Shown here: piece after piece, positions 50,591 through 63,276 of the stretch
Layout: each line of letters starts with the position of its first letter
Numbering within the stretch: position 1 is the first letter of the stretch
Source of the DNA: Octopus sinensis
Taxonomy: Eukaryota
Direction of reading: 5' to 3'
DNA length: 64,000 bases
NCBI RefSeq assembly: GCF_006345805.1
Contig: NW_021833291.1
Location: 1-64,000, forward strand
The notes under the pieces: generated by a model
Told to the model about the DNA's origin: nothing
Database searches by the model: none
Seen by the model: the letters and a program-made list of their open reading frames with translations, nothing else
Made by a program: the position numbers and the translations under genes

Positions 50591-51749
50591 CAGAGCTAGG
50601 TCATGGCGAGGAATTCACCCCCGTGACCTGCATGCATGATCGGGGGGCATACACATAAAGTGACCTTATGCGCACATGTGTTGCTGAACTTTTGTTCACG
50701 CCTGAATTGCTCCATTTTACACGTTAATGTGTTATTTTGGGGGGAGAGAGCAAAAAGGATCATGCACCAACACGTTTGCACCTCTAGCTACCCTTTTGAC
50801 ACATGTTTTGGTCCAATAAATGAAGCACTTACCCTTTCTTTGCCAGGGTTCAATGCAATGCTACCTTAAAAAAGCCAGTTGCCAAACGTTTAGTCATTCC
50901 ATTGCTACACTTTTTACTTTGAAGAAAGACAGCAAAAGAACCCATGAGTACTGGGTCGATCTAATCGACTAGCACCCCTCCCCAAAAATTTCGGGCCTTG
51001 TGCCTAGAGCAGAAATGAATATTCAAGAACACGTGTGTGTGTGTGTGTGCGTGTTCATGTCTACACGCGCGCGTCTGAGTGAGTGCGTGCGCTCACTTGT
51101 GTATAAAATTGCTGCAGCATGACCGAATGGTTAAGAAGTTCGCTTTGCAGTCACGAGGTCCCGGCTTCAATCCCACTTTCTGATACGTGGCTAAGTATCC
51201 TTTATCATAGATTGGAGTCAATCCGAGTCTTGTCTGTGGCGGAAACTAATTGAAGCCTGTCAGATGGACTGAACTCATAATTGAAAAGTCCAAACTTGTT
51301 CTATTGTGTCACGCTGATTCTGTCTGAGAATTAAGTTAGGAGTCCATGTGTCTGTGGAACAGATAATAGTAGTGATATCAGCAGCAGCCGTCCAAGAATT
51401 TGGACCTGGAGATCTCCATTTCCAGCGGCTTCGAGGGCCACCTCCCAGTGGTGTCGGGCGTCAACGAAGAGCCCTCGACTACAACAAGACAACCAAAGTT
51501 TTGTTTTTTTTTCCCAAGGTCTGGGGTCTCCCGCCCCTAAGCCCTAGACCATCACCTAATCACCCTTACCCGTCTTGTTGCTTAACAAAACAGCAGTAGC
51601 AGTGGCAGTAGCAGCAGCAGCAGCAGTAGAGTAGTGGTAGTGATGGTGGTGGTGGTGGTGGGTGGTGGTGGTAGGTGCTGTAGTAGTAGCAGTAATAGTA
51701 GTAGCATTAGTAGTACTAGTTACCATTGTTGTCGATGTTAATGTAAAAC

Positions 51750-52435
51750 ATTTAGTTACTGTCGCTAACAGATGGAAAGGTAACAGAATGGAGATATTAA
51801 CTTACTAATTGCTACCAGTGACCACAGACATATTAAGTTACTGTTGCTAAAAGATGGAGAGACCACATAGTAGAAACGTAGTTGTGGCGAAGCCAAAAGA
51901 AGCATTTAGTTGCTATTGCTAACAAACGGGGGGAGAACCACATACTAGGAACATCTAGTTACTGTTGCTAATAGATGGGAAGATCAAACAAACATTTAGT
52001 TATTGTTGCTAAGAGATGGAGAGGCCACAGAGTAAGGGTTATTAAGTTACTGTTGCTAACAGTGATCACGTAGAGTTATTAATTTATTGTTGCTAACAGA
52101 TGGAAAGACTAGATAGTAGAAACATGTAGTCGTTGTTACTAACAAATGGTATCGTCAAACAGAAGCATTTAGTTGCCGTTGCTATCAGACGGAGAGGCCT
52201 CGTACTAGGACCATCTAGTTACTGTTGCTAACAGATGGAGGGGCCACATAGAAATATTTACTTACTGTTACTAACAGATGGAGAGACCACATAGTAGAAA
52301 CATCTAGTTACTGTTGCTAACAGATCGATACACCCCATTCTAGAAACGTTTGGTTGTTGCTAACAGAATCCACGCAGAAACATGTAGTTACTGTTGCTAA
52401 CGGAGGTGCAAAACATTCAGTTATTGCTAAGAGAT
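51750..52435. repeat. Degenerate minisatellite of ~16 units (35-50 bp) with conserved core agttactgttgctaacagatgg
   Basis: Core seen at about 51757, 51802, 51838, 51909, 51959, 52000, 52047, 52084, 52130, 52172, 52219, 52262, 52308, 52353, 52388 and 52420. Confidence 0.9.
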
Positions 52436-53687
52436 GCTTCAACGAAGTAAAAAAAAAAAGAAGAGTAAACTCTGTAAATAATGGTTTGTCATTATTTGCA
52501 ACACACACAAAAAATGATTTTCTTTAAAACGAGTCTCTTAGGGAAATTACTTTCAATATATCTCTTCCTTCCCTTTCCCTCTTCTTCCTCCTCCCTCTCT
52601 TTCCTTCCGGCTCCTCTCTCCCCTTCTTTCCCTTCCTTTCTCTTTCTCTCTCCCCCTCACTTCATTATTTCTATCTTATTCTGCTGTGATTTTTGGTATT
52701 AACCGTTTTCCAAATTTAACCGTTTACCATTTAATTTTTTAATTTTTTTATTTTCATTGCATATTTGATAGGTCCTATAAGATTCAATATTCAACCATGC
52801 ACACAAGCACACTTAATGCATCTGCAAACCAACTAACCTAAGTGCTTTTACACAAACAAAACACATGGAAGCGTAGTCAAATCTCCCTCAAGTCACATCC
52901 TGCCTGCGATTCTTAAAATAATATATAAGATATATGCAGTTGAAACAGACACGATGATCACAGCTGGAGTATATTTGATCATAGGTCAGTACTTGTTTAG
53001 ATCTGACCTGGTATTAAACAACATGCTTGACATATTTCAACCCTGAAAGAGTCTAATGAAGAATTAACCAAAAACAAATGAGGAATAGGAATATCGGTTT
53101 TGACGTTTAGCCCCAGGTCAGACCTGAACGGGTAGAACTACAATTAATGGCAGGTAATCCAAGATATAATATGTCTGAAAATGACAATCATGTAGTAATG
53201 TACCTTGGGCGACATTAAGCAATGTGACTATATCTAAAACAACAGTGTAATTGAAAAGACATTTGGCTGTTATTTCTAGCTTGTAGAGACAGACACAACT
53301 TCCGAAATATTAAAAGTAGTTGTGTTTTAGTCCCAGGTCAACACTAATCCGGTAGACTTATCAAAAGCGTTCCAGTCGTGACCACCCAGTCTTTTATTTA
53401 AGTACAGTCTCGGTTAATATATAGATCCGCGCCCGGGTGGGAAAATGGAAAAGAATATGTGTAACAGGTGTAAGGCATCGTATATAGAAGGAATATGACG
53501 AAAAAAATCGCGCTGACAAACGGGTGGGGGTGAGGGGAGGGGGCTCGGAAAATACCCACGATCAACCGTAGAGGATCCGAGCAGTAAACCTCAACACCCG
53601 GTCGCTAGGAGCGCAACAGAAAACGTCTAAATACTTCTAATGCAATGTATATTCAACAAATATTGTTGGGTGGACAAACACACACAC

Positions 53688-53738
<51 letters not shown>

Positions 53739-54177
53739 CATATATACATATATACGACGGGCTTCTTAAAGGTTCCGTCTACCAAACCCACTCACAAGGC
53801 TTTTGCTGGCTCAAGACTATAGTAGAAGACACTTGGCCAAGGTGCCACGCAGTGGGACTGAACCCGGAACCATGTGGTTGGTGAGGAAGCTACTTACCAC
53901 ACAGCCATCCACTCTTTCTCGAACACATCTCTTCTAATCCCTGCCAACGCTGTTTCCCCGAACACACTTCTCGACAAAACTCATATTTTTTTGTAAATTT
54001 CAAATAAAATAATAAAAAAAAACCTTAATTTCATATTGATGTGGGGAAAATACCCCGAAAGAAATATTTGCAGAAAGGTGAGTAGATTCATTACACAATT
54101 CATTTCATTATGTTACCGCAGTTTAGTGAGATTTGGCTGTTATTTCTAGCATGAAAATAGCCGGCTTGAGGGGGATA

Positions 54178-54307
54178 TATCTTTATATATAAAAGTGAGG
54201 TTGTGTGCTATCTGTCTCCTACGATTTAGATTCCTAACTACTCCCACATTTTGCGGTGCAGTTTAACCAAAACCGGGTATCTTATAGTCGTGATTCATAT
54301 CGAGCCC
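54178..54307 (+). mobile_element. Helitron 5' fragment, ending at a 22-bp direct repeat (54305-54326 / 54328-54349)
   Basis: Begins a|tctttatatataaaagtgaggttgtgtg, the same architecture as the other Helitron 5' ends here. Confidence 0.5.
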
Positions 54308-54409
54308 TAGTTTGAAAGATAATAAGACCCTAGTTTGAAAGATAATAAGTAAGTAAACCCGAGGGCTACCTTCTGTTCCCCCAAAATAGAATTATGGTCT
54401 AGTGACATG

Positions 54410-54544
54410 AGCGTAGCTAAAGTGTGTGCCTCCTGGGGCGGCCTTTTGGTGTGCTGCCCCCGGTGCCCCACAAAAAATACATATTGCCTACAGCAGATCG
54501 AAAACTGGTGCCACCTGGGGCGGATCGCTCCCTCTAGCTACGCT
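54410..54544. mobile_element. Short GC-rich hAT-like MITE
   Basis: Inverted repeat agcgtagcta / tagctacgct, with cctggggcgg repeated internally. No clear TSD. Confidence 0.5.
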
Positions 54545-56927
54545 AGTATAGCCATCAATGGAGTATATGTCTGTTGAATCATTTTATATCTGGATTTAAA
54601 TAGCTCTATCAACTAATAGGTACAAGGCCTGAAATTTGGGGTTTGGGGGCTAGTTGATTACATCATCGACACCAGGGCTCGACTTGTACTTATTTTATCG
54701 ACTCCGAAAGGATGAAAGACAAAATCTATGTCTGGGATTTGAACTCAGAACGTAAAGCCAGAAGAAATGCTACTAGGCATTTTGTCCGACGCACTAACGA
54801 TTATGCCATCTCACTGCTTTCATCTGGTTTTAAATAACAATTGCCCTCTCACCTTACTACACTTCTACACTTAGAAAATCTTTTCCACTGGTACTGAAGA
54901 GCAAAGCTGGCCTCAGATTTTAATTCACAACATAAAGGCATGTAATAAGATAGGCATTTTGTCTGGTACTTTATCAGTTCTTCTGCCGCTCTAATGTCTT
55001 TCAAGTGTCATAAATAATAGGTACTTACAAAGGCCGGCAATTTCAGGAGAGGAAATTAACCGCAAATTATTTATTCCAACGCCTTAACATTTCTGCCTGT
55101 CAACCACTTTTCAAATAACGGTTTCAAATTTTGGACTAAAGCCAGCAAGTTTGGAGTAGTGAGTCGATTACATCGATTCCAGTACTCAACTGTATTTAAT
55201 TATATCGACTCTGAAAAGATGAAAGTCAAAGGTTGGCCTCCTTGGGATTTAAACTCAAAGAGTCAGGGAAAATGTACTGGAAAGCATTTTTTGCGATACT
55301 CTAACAGTTCTGCCAGTCCGCTTGCTTTTTCCTTTCGAATCTTTATAAATAGTTTCAGTAATTTTGTGGGAGAGAGGATAATCGACACCAGCGATCCCAG
55401 TACTTGACTGGTACCTTATTTTATTGACTCCCGAAACAATGAAGGGCAAAGTTGACCTCGGCAGGATTTGAACTCTGAACGTAAAGAGTAAGAAGAAATA
55501 TCACAAGACATTTTTTTCCCCGACGCTTTGACGATTCTACCAACCCGCTACCTCATCTTTACAAATAATAAACAATAATTTGGGTACGAGGGAGCCCACT
55601 TTTATAGAGTTTACTTGTGCCAACAAGGGCCACCGAAATGTAGGAAAATTTCAAAATGTTTAGTGTTATTTATCATTATTGTTTAGCTCCAAATCAGCTG
55701 CTGTAGATTTCGATAATATCGGGATTTATTATTTTTTTAAATGGTGGCACACACACACACACACACACCGGTGTTTTCTTTTGTTTTTTGTTTTACACAT
55801 TAAATTCCGATACCATCTGAAAGGTATTTGTAGGAAATTAAAAATTATCCATTTTTCTGAAAATTATGAGGAAACAAAGTCGATTCGCGTGAATTATCCG
55901 AATCTCCCCCAATTTTTTTCATCAAAAATTCTGATGTAATCAGAATTTACACCATGTCAAAGGAATTTGTAGAAAATTTCATCAGAAAATCTCTATTTTT
56001 CTGAAAGTTATGAGACAAAGTTGTGGTGGGGGGGATATTTGTGAAGATACGCTCCGAATTCTAAACTATCTATTACACTCGAGAGACGGCTGTAATAGTT
56101 GATCGGCAGACTTTCCAACTAATTATTCCTGGAGAGGAGAATCAGTTGGAATTTATTGTGGGAAAGGCATGGAATGGAGAGGCCAAATATATTTTTTAAA
56201 ATTCAAATATTGCGAACAAAAAATTCTTTCAGAAAAGGAACAATCATCACAATTCCTCCTCTTTTCTTTATCCATGAGGCAGAGATAGCTATTTTGAAAG
56301 TCCACCGATCGATTATTACATCCAGCCAAGAGTGTGTGTAACAGCTTATTTAATAATCCTTTAATTTAAAAAAAAAATGGCTGTTGATAATAGGAAAATA
56401 CTGATTTTCCAATTATAACAATCAGGCTTTAATGTTTTTTTGTTTTTAAGACTGGTAGGGTGGGATTTCAATGAGATTCGACTAGCCATAGGTTAAGCGA
56501 ACCGCTTAGTGGCTCCTGCATTGACTCGTGTGAACTTTACATAGGTTTTCAGGATTGAACCAGCATGAGTGGGTTGCTATTTCTAGCAAACAGAGCGACC
56601 ACCGAGAAGCATTCTCGTTCGAGTTGACTGCTCTTCGTCTCGGCAGATGAATGTATAACGACGTCTTCGGTTGAGAGTGGATAAGATATTCAAATTTTAT
56701 AGTATTTGGCGGAGAGACTAATAATACTTCCCTCTCCCCGCCCTCCCTCTCTCTCTACTTCTTCTTTTTACTCCTCCTTTTCTGCCCTCCCCCTCACTCT
56801 CACTCTCTCTCTCTCCCCTCTCCCCTCACCCCTCCACTTCGATTGGTACCAAGAAAAACAGAAAACAATAAAACAACACAAGCAAAATCTAAATAGAGCA
56901 AGTGATGCACACGTGTAGAGATATGTA

Positions 56928-56960
<33 letters not shown>

Positions 56961-57126
56961 GTGTGCATGTATGTATGTGTGTGTGTGTGTATGTATGTAT
57001 GTATGCATGTATGTAAACATAAGTTTGGTGATACAGAAATATTTCTTTTTATTCTTTTCTTTCAGTCATTTGACTGCGGCCATGCTAGAGCACCGCTTTA
57101 AATATATATATATATATTTAAAGCCA

Positions 57127-57498
57127 GAAGTGGCTGTGTGGTAAGTAGCTTGCTAACCAACCACATGGTTCCGGGTTCAGTCCCACTGCGTGGCATCTTG
57201 GGCAAGTGTCTTCTACTATAGCCCCGGGCCGACCAATGCCTTGTGAGTGGATTTGGTAGACGGAAACTGAAAGAAGCGGTCGTATATGTATATATATGTA
57301 TGTGTCTGTGTTTGTCCCCCTAGCATTGCTTGACAACCGATGCTGGTGTGTTTACGTCCCCGTCACTTAGCGGTTCGGCAAAAAGAGACCGATAGAATAA
57401 GTACTGGGCTTACAAAGAATAAATCCCGGGGTCGATTTGGTCGACTAAAGGCGGTGCTCCAGCATGGCCGCAGTCAAATGACTGAAACAAGTAAAAAA
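57127..57498 (+). mobile_element. Full-length, little-diverged SINE family 1 copy
   Basis: A-box tggctgtgtgg, B-box ggttcagtccc, full body and A-rich tail. Confidence 0.88.
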
Positions 57499-57584
57499 AA
57501 AAATAAAAATATATATATATCGGTGCCCCAGCATGGCCACAGCTCATTAGCTGAAACTGGAAAAATCAAAATCAAAATCATATA

Positions 57585-57881
57585 TATTACGGAGATGTAT
57601 ATACATAAATATATTACGGAGATGTACTTGCATAGCAAGTGATTTGATCTGAGATCGTGTGCTGGAACGAAAACAATAGCAGCGTGGAAGGTGTTTGTAA
57701 GCCATTTAAGAAACACACAAAAGCCGTTCGATTCACTTCAACATTTTTGTCAGTGAACAGGTTGCGGTCTTAAAGCGACGAAAATGTTTTGACAAATTAA
57801 ACTTAAATGTTGAAGTGAATTGAACGGCTTTTGTGTGTTTCTTAAATGGCTTACAAACACCTTCCACGCTGCAATTGTTTT
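57585..57881. mobile_element. PLE pseudo-LTR fold-back (arms 57670-57746 / 57805-57881)
   Basis: Homologous to 9621-9853. The arms are reverse complements with about 3 mismatches. Confidence 0.85.
57746..57796 (+). ncRNA. Minimal type I hammerhead-like fold with a G3-C8 variant core
   Basis: tttgtca GTGAACA g gttgc-ggtcttaaa-gcgac GAAA atgt T T tgacaaa. It has a 7-bp stem I and a 5-bp stem II, with one extra G after A9 and a UU site. Confidence 0.65.
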
Positions 57882-57905
57882 ATATATATATATATATATA
57901 TATAT

Positions 57906-58519
57906 GGATTTTTCCTTTTGAACGGCAGTTTTCAACACAATTTCTAGTTAACTAAACACTTTTAAACTTCGTATACTGGTAGAATGTGTCAAAATAAAAC
58001 ATTTTTTTCTATCGGCTTTCTTGAGTAAATTGTAATTTATAAGTTTAACATAGTTTAATTTTTCGTATTTTAACCAATCCTATGGCCTCTATTGAGCTAA
58101 AATCATTAGCTGCGTCTAAAACTGAGACAACATCCTGTCACTAACCCTAACTCTAACCCTCGCCCTAACCCTAAATTTTAGCCTTTCGTTTTTTTTTCCT
58201 AATTGTTATCCTTAAATTAATTTAACAATTAAGAAAAAAAAAACGAAAGGCTAAAATTTAGGGTTAGGGTGAGGATTAGAGTTAGTGACAGGATGTTGTC
58301 TGTTTTAGATGCAGCAAATGATTTTAGCTAAATAGAGGCCATAGGATTGGTTAAAATTCGAAAAATTAAACTACGTTAAACTTATAAATTACAATTTTCT
58401 CAAGAAAGCCGATAGAAAAAAATGTTTTATTTTGACACATTCTACCAGTATACGAAGTTTAAAAGTGTTTAGTTAACTAGAAATTGTGTTGAAAAGTGGC
58501 GTTCAAAAGGAAAAGATCC
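57906..58519. mobile_element. 614-bp fold-back element with internal telomere-like repeats
   Basis: Arms 57906-58208 and 58223-58519 are near-perfect reverse complements around a 14-nt loop. Degenerate (CTAACC)n lies at 58141-58174 and (GGTTAG)n at 58257-58286. Confidence 0.9.
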
Positions 58520-59813
58520 CGATGTGCTCCTTTCAGTTACTGTCTACCACAGGTTTGGTCGGCTCGAGGCTATAGCAAAAGACGTTAACTGAAGGTGCTA
58601 CGCAGTGAGACTGAATGCGGAATAATATGGCTAGTAAGCACGCTTCTTACCACACAGCCACGGCTATTGGCAACAGTAAAACGAAAAGATTATTTAAGTT
58701 AATTATGATTGTATATTGTCAATGTCTTCCCTAATTTATAATTAAAATTTATGAGTAATTTTCGGAACGGTTGGCATTAGGAAGGGCATCCAGCGGTAGA
58801 AACTTCGCCAGATCAGATTGGAGCCTGGTGCAGCCTTCTGGCTTCCCAGCCCTCAGTCAAACCGCCAACCTATGCCAGCATGGAACACGGACAATTTCAC
58901 CATTTCACATACAATCATCATCATTTAACGTCTGCTTTTCATGTTGGCACGAGTTGCATGGTTTGGCATGGAACTGGCCAGACTCCAACTGCTTGTTGTG
59001 GCATGGTTTCTACAGCTGGATGCCCTTCCTAATGCTAACCACTTAACAGAGTGTGCTGGGTGCTTTTTATGTGGCACCAGCACCTGAAAGAACAAGCCTG
59101 TATGTGTAGAAAACAATCTCCTTATGAAAAATGAGCCTTAATGTGTTATTGTAGCAGCACCAGCACTGCTGAGAACCCCCTTCAGTTATAATTAACCATG
59201 GGATTACACCTAGAAAGTTACCCTCCCAGGCACAGGTCCGGGCAAGGTTGTTTATGGAAGACCAGCAGTCACCCATGCATACCAACCTCCCCTCTCCACG
59301 TCACCAGTGTTATCCAAGAGAAAGGCAAAGGCTGATACAGCTTGGCACCTGTGATGTCGCAACTCATTTCTACAACTGAGTGGATTGGAGCAACGTGAAA
59401 TAAAGTGTCTTGCTCAAGAACACATCACGCAGCCCGGTCTGGGATTCAGACTCACAATCTTGTGATCGTAAACTCGACGCTGTAACCACTGAGCCAGCAC
59501 AAAGGTATTAGTTATATATATATATATATATAAAACCCTTTAGAATTCAGATTCCTTTGTCAGTTGTATTGCTTATGTATCATTTACCGTTTTTCTTTTA
59601 CTTGTTTCAGTCAATGGACTGTGGCCATGCAGGGACCCCATCTTGAAGGTTTTTTTTGTAAAACATATTGAGCTGAGGACTTATTTTTTAAAGCCTACTA
59701 CTTATTCTAGTAGCCTCTTTTGTCAAACCGCTAAGTTATGGGGATGTAAACATACCAACACTGGTTGTCAAGCACTGGTGGGGACAAACACAATGACTTA
59801 CACACATAGATAT

Positions 59814-59844
<31 letters not shown>

Positions 59845-61212
59845 ATACAAATAAGAAAATAGAGGAACAGATTCCCTTCAATCACCGACTTACAGATATT
59901 ACCAATTCATATTATTTATTAACTACTTCAATAGGAACATCCAAATCCAACAGAATAAAACAATTTACATCAATAAGTAAGATAAAACCATAAAAATATT
60001 ACACATAAAATGGATCTTACAGCTGTACTTCACCAGCAGTATATTGGATAACTGATATCCCATCGTGGGTTACACTCATAACCCCTATCTCACTTTATAT
60101 ATATATATATATATGATGGGCTTCTTTCAGTTTCCATATACCAAATCTACTCACAAGGCTTTGGCTGACCCGAGACTATAGTAGAAGATATTTGTGCCCA
60201 AAGTGCCATGCAGTGAAACTGAACTCGGAACCCTGTGATTAGGAAGCCAGCTTCTTACCACACAGCCATGCCTGCAACTATGTGAATTTATTCATGTTGT
60301 TTTGTATTAATCACACATTGTAGCTTCAAGATTTCAACGGTGTGTTTGTATATTTTTAGAAAGACATTATAGGGTAGGTGTGAGAGGTCAGATCTGGTCG
60401 ATTTTAACATAAAACAGAATACTTGGGCCGGGTTAGAAATTAAACAAGATTATTGATTTTGGAAACATCTGTTGTACTAACGCAAAGTGAAAGGTAACAT
60501 ACAAAACCTATTATGGGGTTAGCAATAAATCACATCTCTCATGTTTGGGGGTTAGACATTCATGTTGTGGTTGTTTAGCCCTGGTTCTGTTCTGATCAAG
60601 CAGGCCTCACAATCAAAGACATTCCATCCATGACCATCTGTTTCTGTTAGGAGCATCAAGGACTGCATTATTCAATATATACTTCCTTTGTTGGTAGAGT
60701 GTACTGTAAATGAGACTTAACTTCTGTTTCTATCAGATTGAATGACTGCATTGAGGCTGTTAAATTAGGCCCTTGAATTTGTAATTAACAATGAAACTTG
60801 TAATTTTAATTCTCCCTAACTGTGAAAAAAATTGCCCAGTAAATATGTGTGGATATTAGCTCATAATCTTCATCTTTTAATATCCTTCCTTGCTGGCATG
60901 GGTTTTGATGGTTGACAAATCCAAAGGATCTGAGCATCGCATCATGTTTCACTATCTGCTTTGAGATGCTTTTTGTTTGGATGCCCTTCCTGATGCCAAC
61001 AGAGTGTACTGGTTACTTAATTTGATGAATCCAGATATAAATATTTATATATCATTGTCATCATCATCATCATTTAATATCCATGTTCCATGCTGGCATG
61101 AGATGGATGGTTTGACAATGATCCATACGGTCCAAGGACTGCATCACGATCCAGTGTCTGCTTTGGTCTCGTTTCTTACAGTTGGATGCTTTTCATTAGT
61201 GCCAACTAATTT

Positions 61213-61426
61213 ACTCTTTTACTTGTTTCAGTCATGTGACTGGGGCCATGCTGGAGCACCACCTTTAATCGATCGAATCGACCCCAGGGCTTATTCTTTG
61301 TAAGCCTAGTACTTATTTTATTGGTCTCTTTTTTTGCCGAACCGCTAAGTTACAGGGACACACCAGCATCGGTTGTCAAGCGATGTTGGGGGGACAAGCA
61401 CAAACACGCATATACACACACATATA

Positions 61427-61471
<45 letters not shown>

Positions 61472-61630
61472 TGCGACAGGCTTCTTTCAGTTTCCGTCTA
61501 CCAAATTCACTCACAAGGCTTTAGTCGGCCCGAGGCTATAGTAGAAGACACTTACCCAAGGTGCCACGTAGAGGGACTGAAACGGAACCATGTGGTTGGT
61601 AAGCAAGCTACTTACCACACAGCCACTCCT
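61213..61630 (-). mobile_element. SINE family 1 copy
   Basis: Reverse complement of 57127-57498. Confidence 0.85.
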
Positions 61631-62549
61631 ATGCCTATTCATAAATTTACATTAACAATATCATAGTAATTATTGGTTTCAAATTTTGGCACAAAACTAG
61701 TAATTTCAAGGGAAAGGATAAGTCAATCACATCAACCCCAGTACATAACTGGTACTTACTTTATCAATCATGAATGGATGGAAGACAAAATCCTAGTAAT
61801 TGTTGTCAAGCCATCAACCTTGTACATCATCATCATCATCATCATCATCTTCGTTTAGTGTCCGCTTTCCATGCTGGCATGGGTTGGACGGTTCAACTGG
61901 GGTCTGGGAAGCCAGAAGGTTGCACCAGGCCCAGTCTGATCTGGCAGTGTTTCTACAGCTGGATGCCCTTCCTAACGCCAACCACTCCGTGAGTGTAGTG
62001 GGTGCTTTTTGCGTGCCACCGGCACAGGTGCAGACGAGGCTGGCAAACGGCCACGATTGGATGGTGCTTTTTACGTGCCACCGGCACGGGGGCCAGGCGA
62101 GGCTGGCAACGGCCACAATCATTATTTAAATGACTTATTCCTTCACAGAAATATGTTAATATTTTAATGGTCTCCCATTTCTTACGCTGGACATCTTGAG
62201 AATGGAAGGCCAGTAATTAACAGAGAGCAGCCAGTTCAGTTTTCATCCAAACTGCCAAAAATGTTCACATGAGGCCTTATTTCATAGCAACATTAAATAC
62301 ATACAGAAATTACTTCATACATTTATTTCTCCATAATTTGTGCTGTATTGGTTCTCAAATAATATAATTAGTAATTCTAATTAATATGGTCAGTAGCCCA
62401 GCACCTTTTAAATTCATGCCACCTCACGTCTATGTCTTAATTTCGAATAGCTACTCTGTAATATGCTTTAATTGGTTATACAGTCACCTGGTAACATACA
62501 GATATTCAGCTTCAGTAGAATTGCAATTTTTTATTTTATTTATCTGGCA

Positions 62550-63080
62550 GGACAAGTGAGGCCACAACCCGTGGCCTCTAACTGGGACGTAGTCAGTCCA
62601 CCTGTGCATACCTTCCTTCTTGGGACACATAACTCTACTTGTGAAGACCTGTTGAGGCTAGTGAAAATCAAAATCGATCAACATCAATGGAATTTGTAGT
62701 TGTGATACCAGTGCCGGTGGCACGTAAGAGAACCATCCGAACGTGGCCATGGCCAGCGCCGTATCGACTGGCCTCCGTGCCGGTGGCATGTAACAAACAC
62801 CAGCCGATCGTGGCCGTTGCCAGCCTCACTTGGCCCCCGTGCCGGTGGCATGTAAAAAGCACCACCCGAGCATGGCCGTTCGCCAGCTTCATCTGGCATC
62901 TATGTCGGTGGCACGTAAGAAGCACCCACCACACTCACGTTAGGAAAGGCATCCAGCTGTAGAAACACTGCCAGATCTGACTGGCCTGGTGCAGCCTTCG
63001 GGCTGCCCAGACCCCTGTTGAACCGTCCAACCCATGCTAGCATGGAAAGCGGACGTTAAACAGTGATGATGATGATGATG
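62550..63080 (+). mobile_element. RTE 3' fragment (ORF end, 3' UTR with three repeat units, (GAT)n tail)
   Basis: Collinear with ~985-1717. Confidence 0.88.
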
Positions 63081-63224
63081 ATTAAACATGTTTCCCAATC
63101 ACAAGGTTTCAGGTTCAGTTTCACTGCATGGCACTTTGGACAAGTGTCTTTTACTCTGTACTCTTAGGCTGACCAAACCCTTATGAATGGATTCAGTAGA
63201 TGGAAACTTTAAAAGCCCATCACA

Positions 63225-63272
<48 letters not shown>

Positions 63273-63276
63273 GCAA

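Noticed and set aside
51348-51599. + strand ORF with RQRRALD, resembling a TGF-beta furin site
   Set aside because: No cysteine-knot sequence follows and there is no credible acceptor. The match is only 7 residues.
51750-52435. CRISPR-like appearance (conserved repeat with variable spacers)
   Set aside because: The spacers are related to each other, the repeats are degenerate, there are no cas genes and the context is eukaryotic. It is a minisatellite.
58141-58286. True telomere or telomere-fusion site
   Set aside because: Only about 5 degenerate units per side, embedded symmetrically in the arms of a fold-back element.
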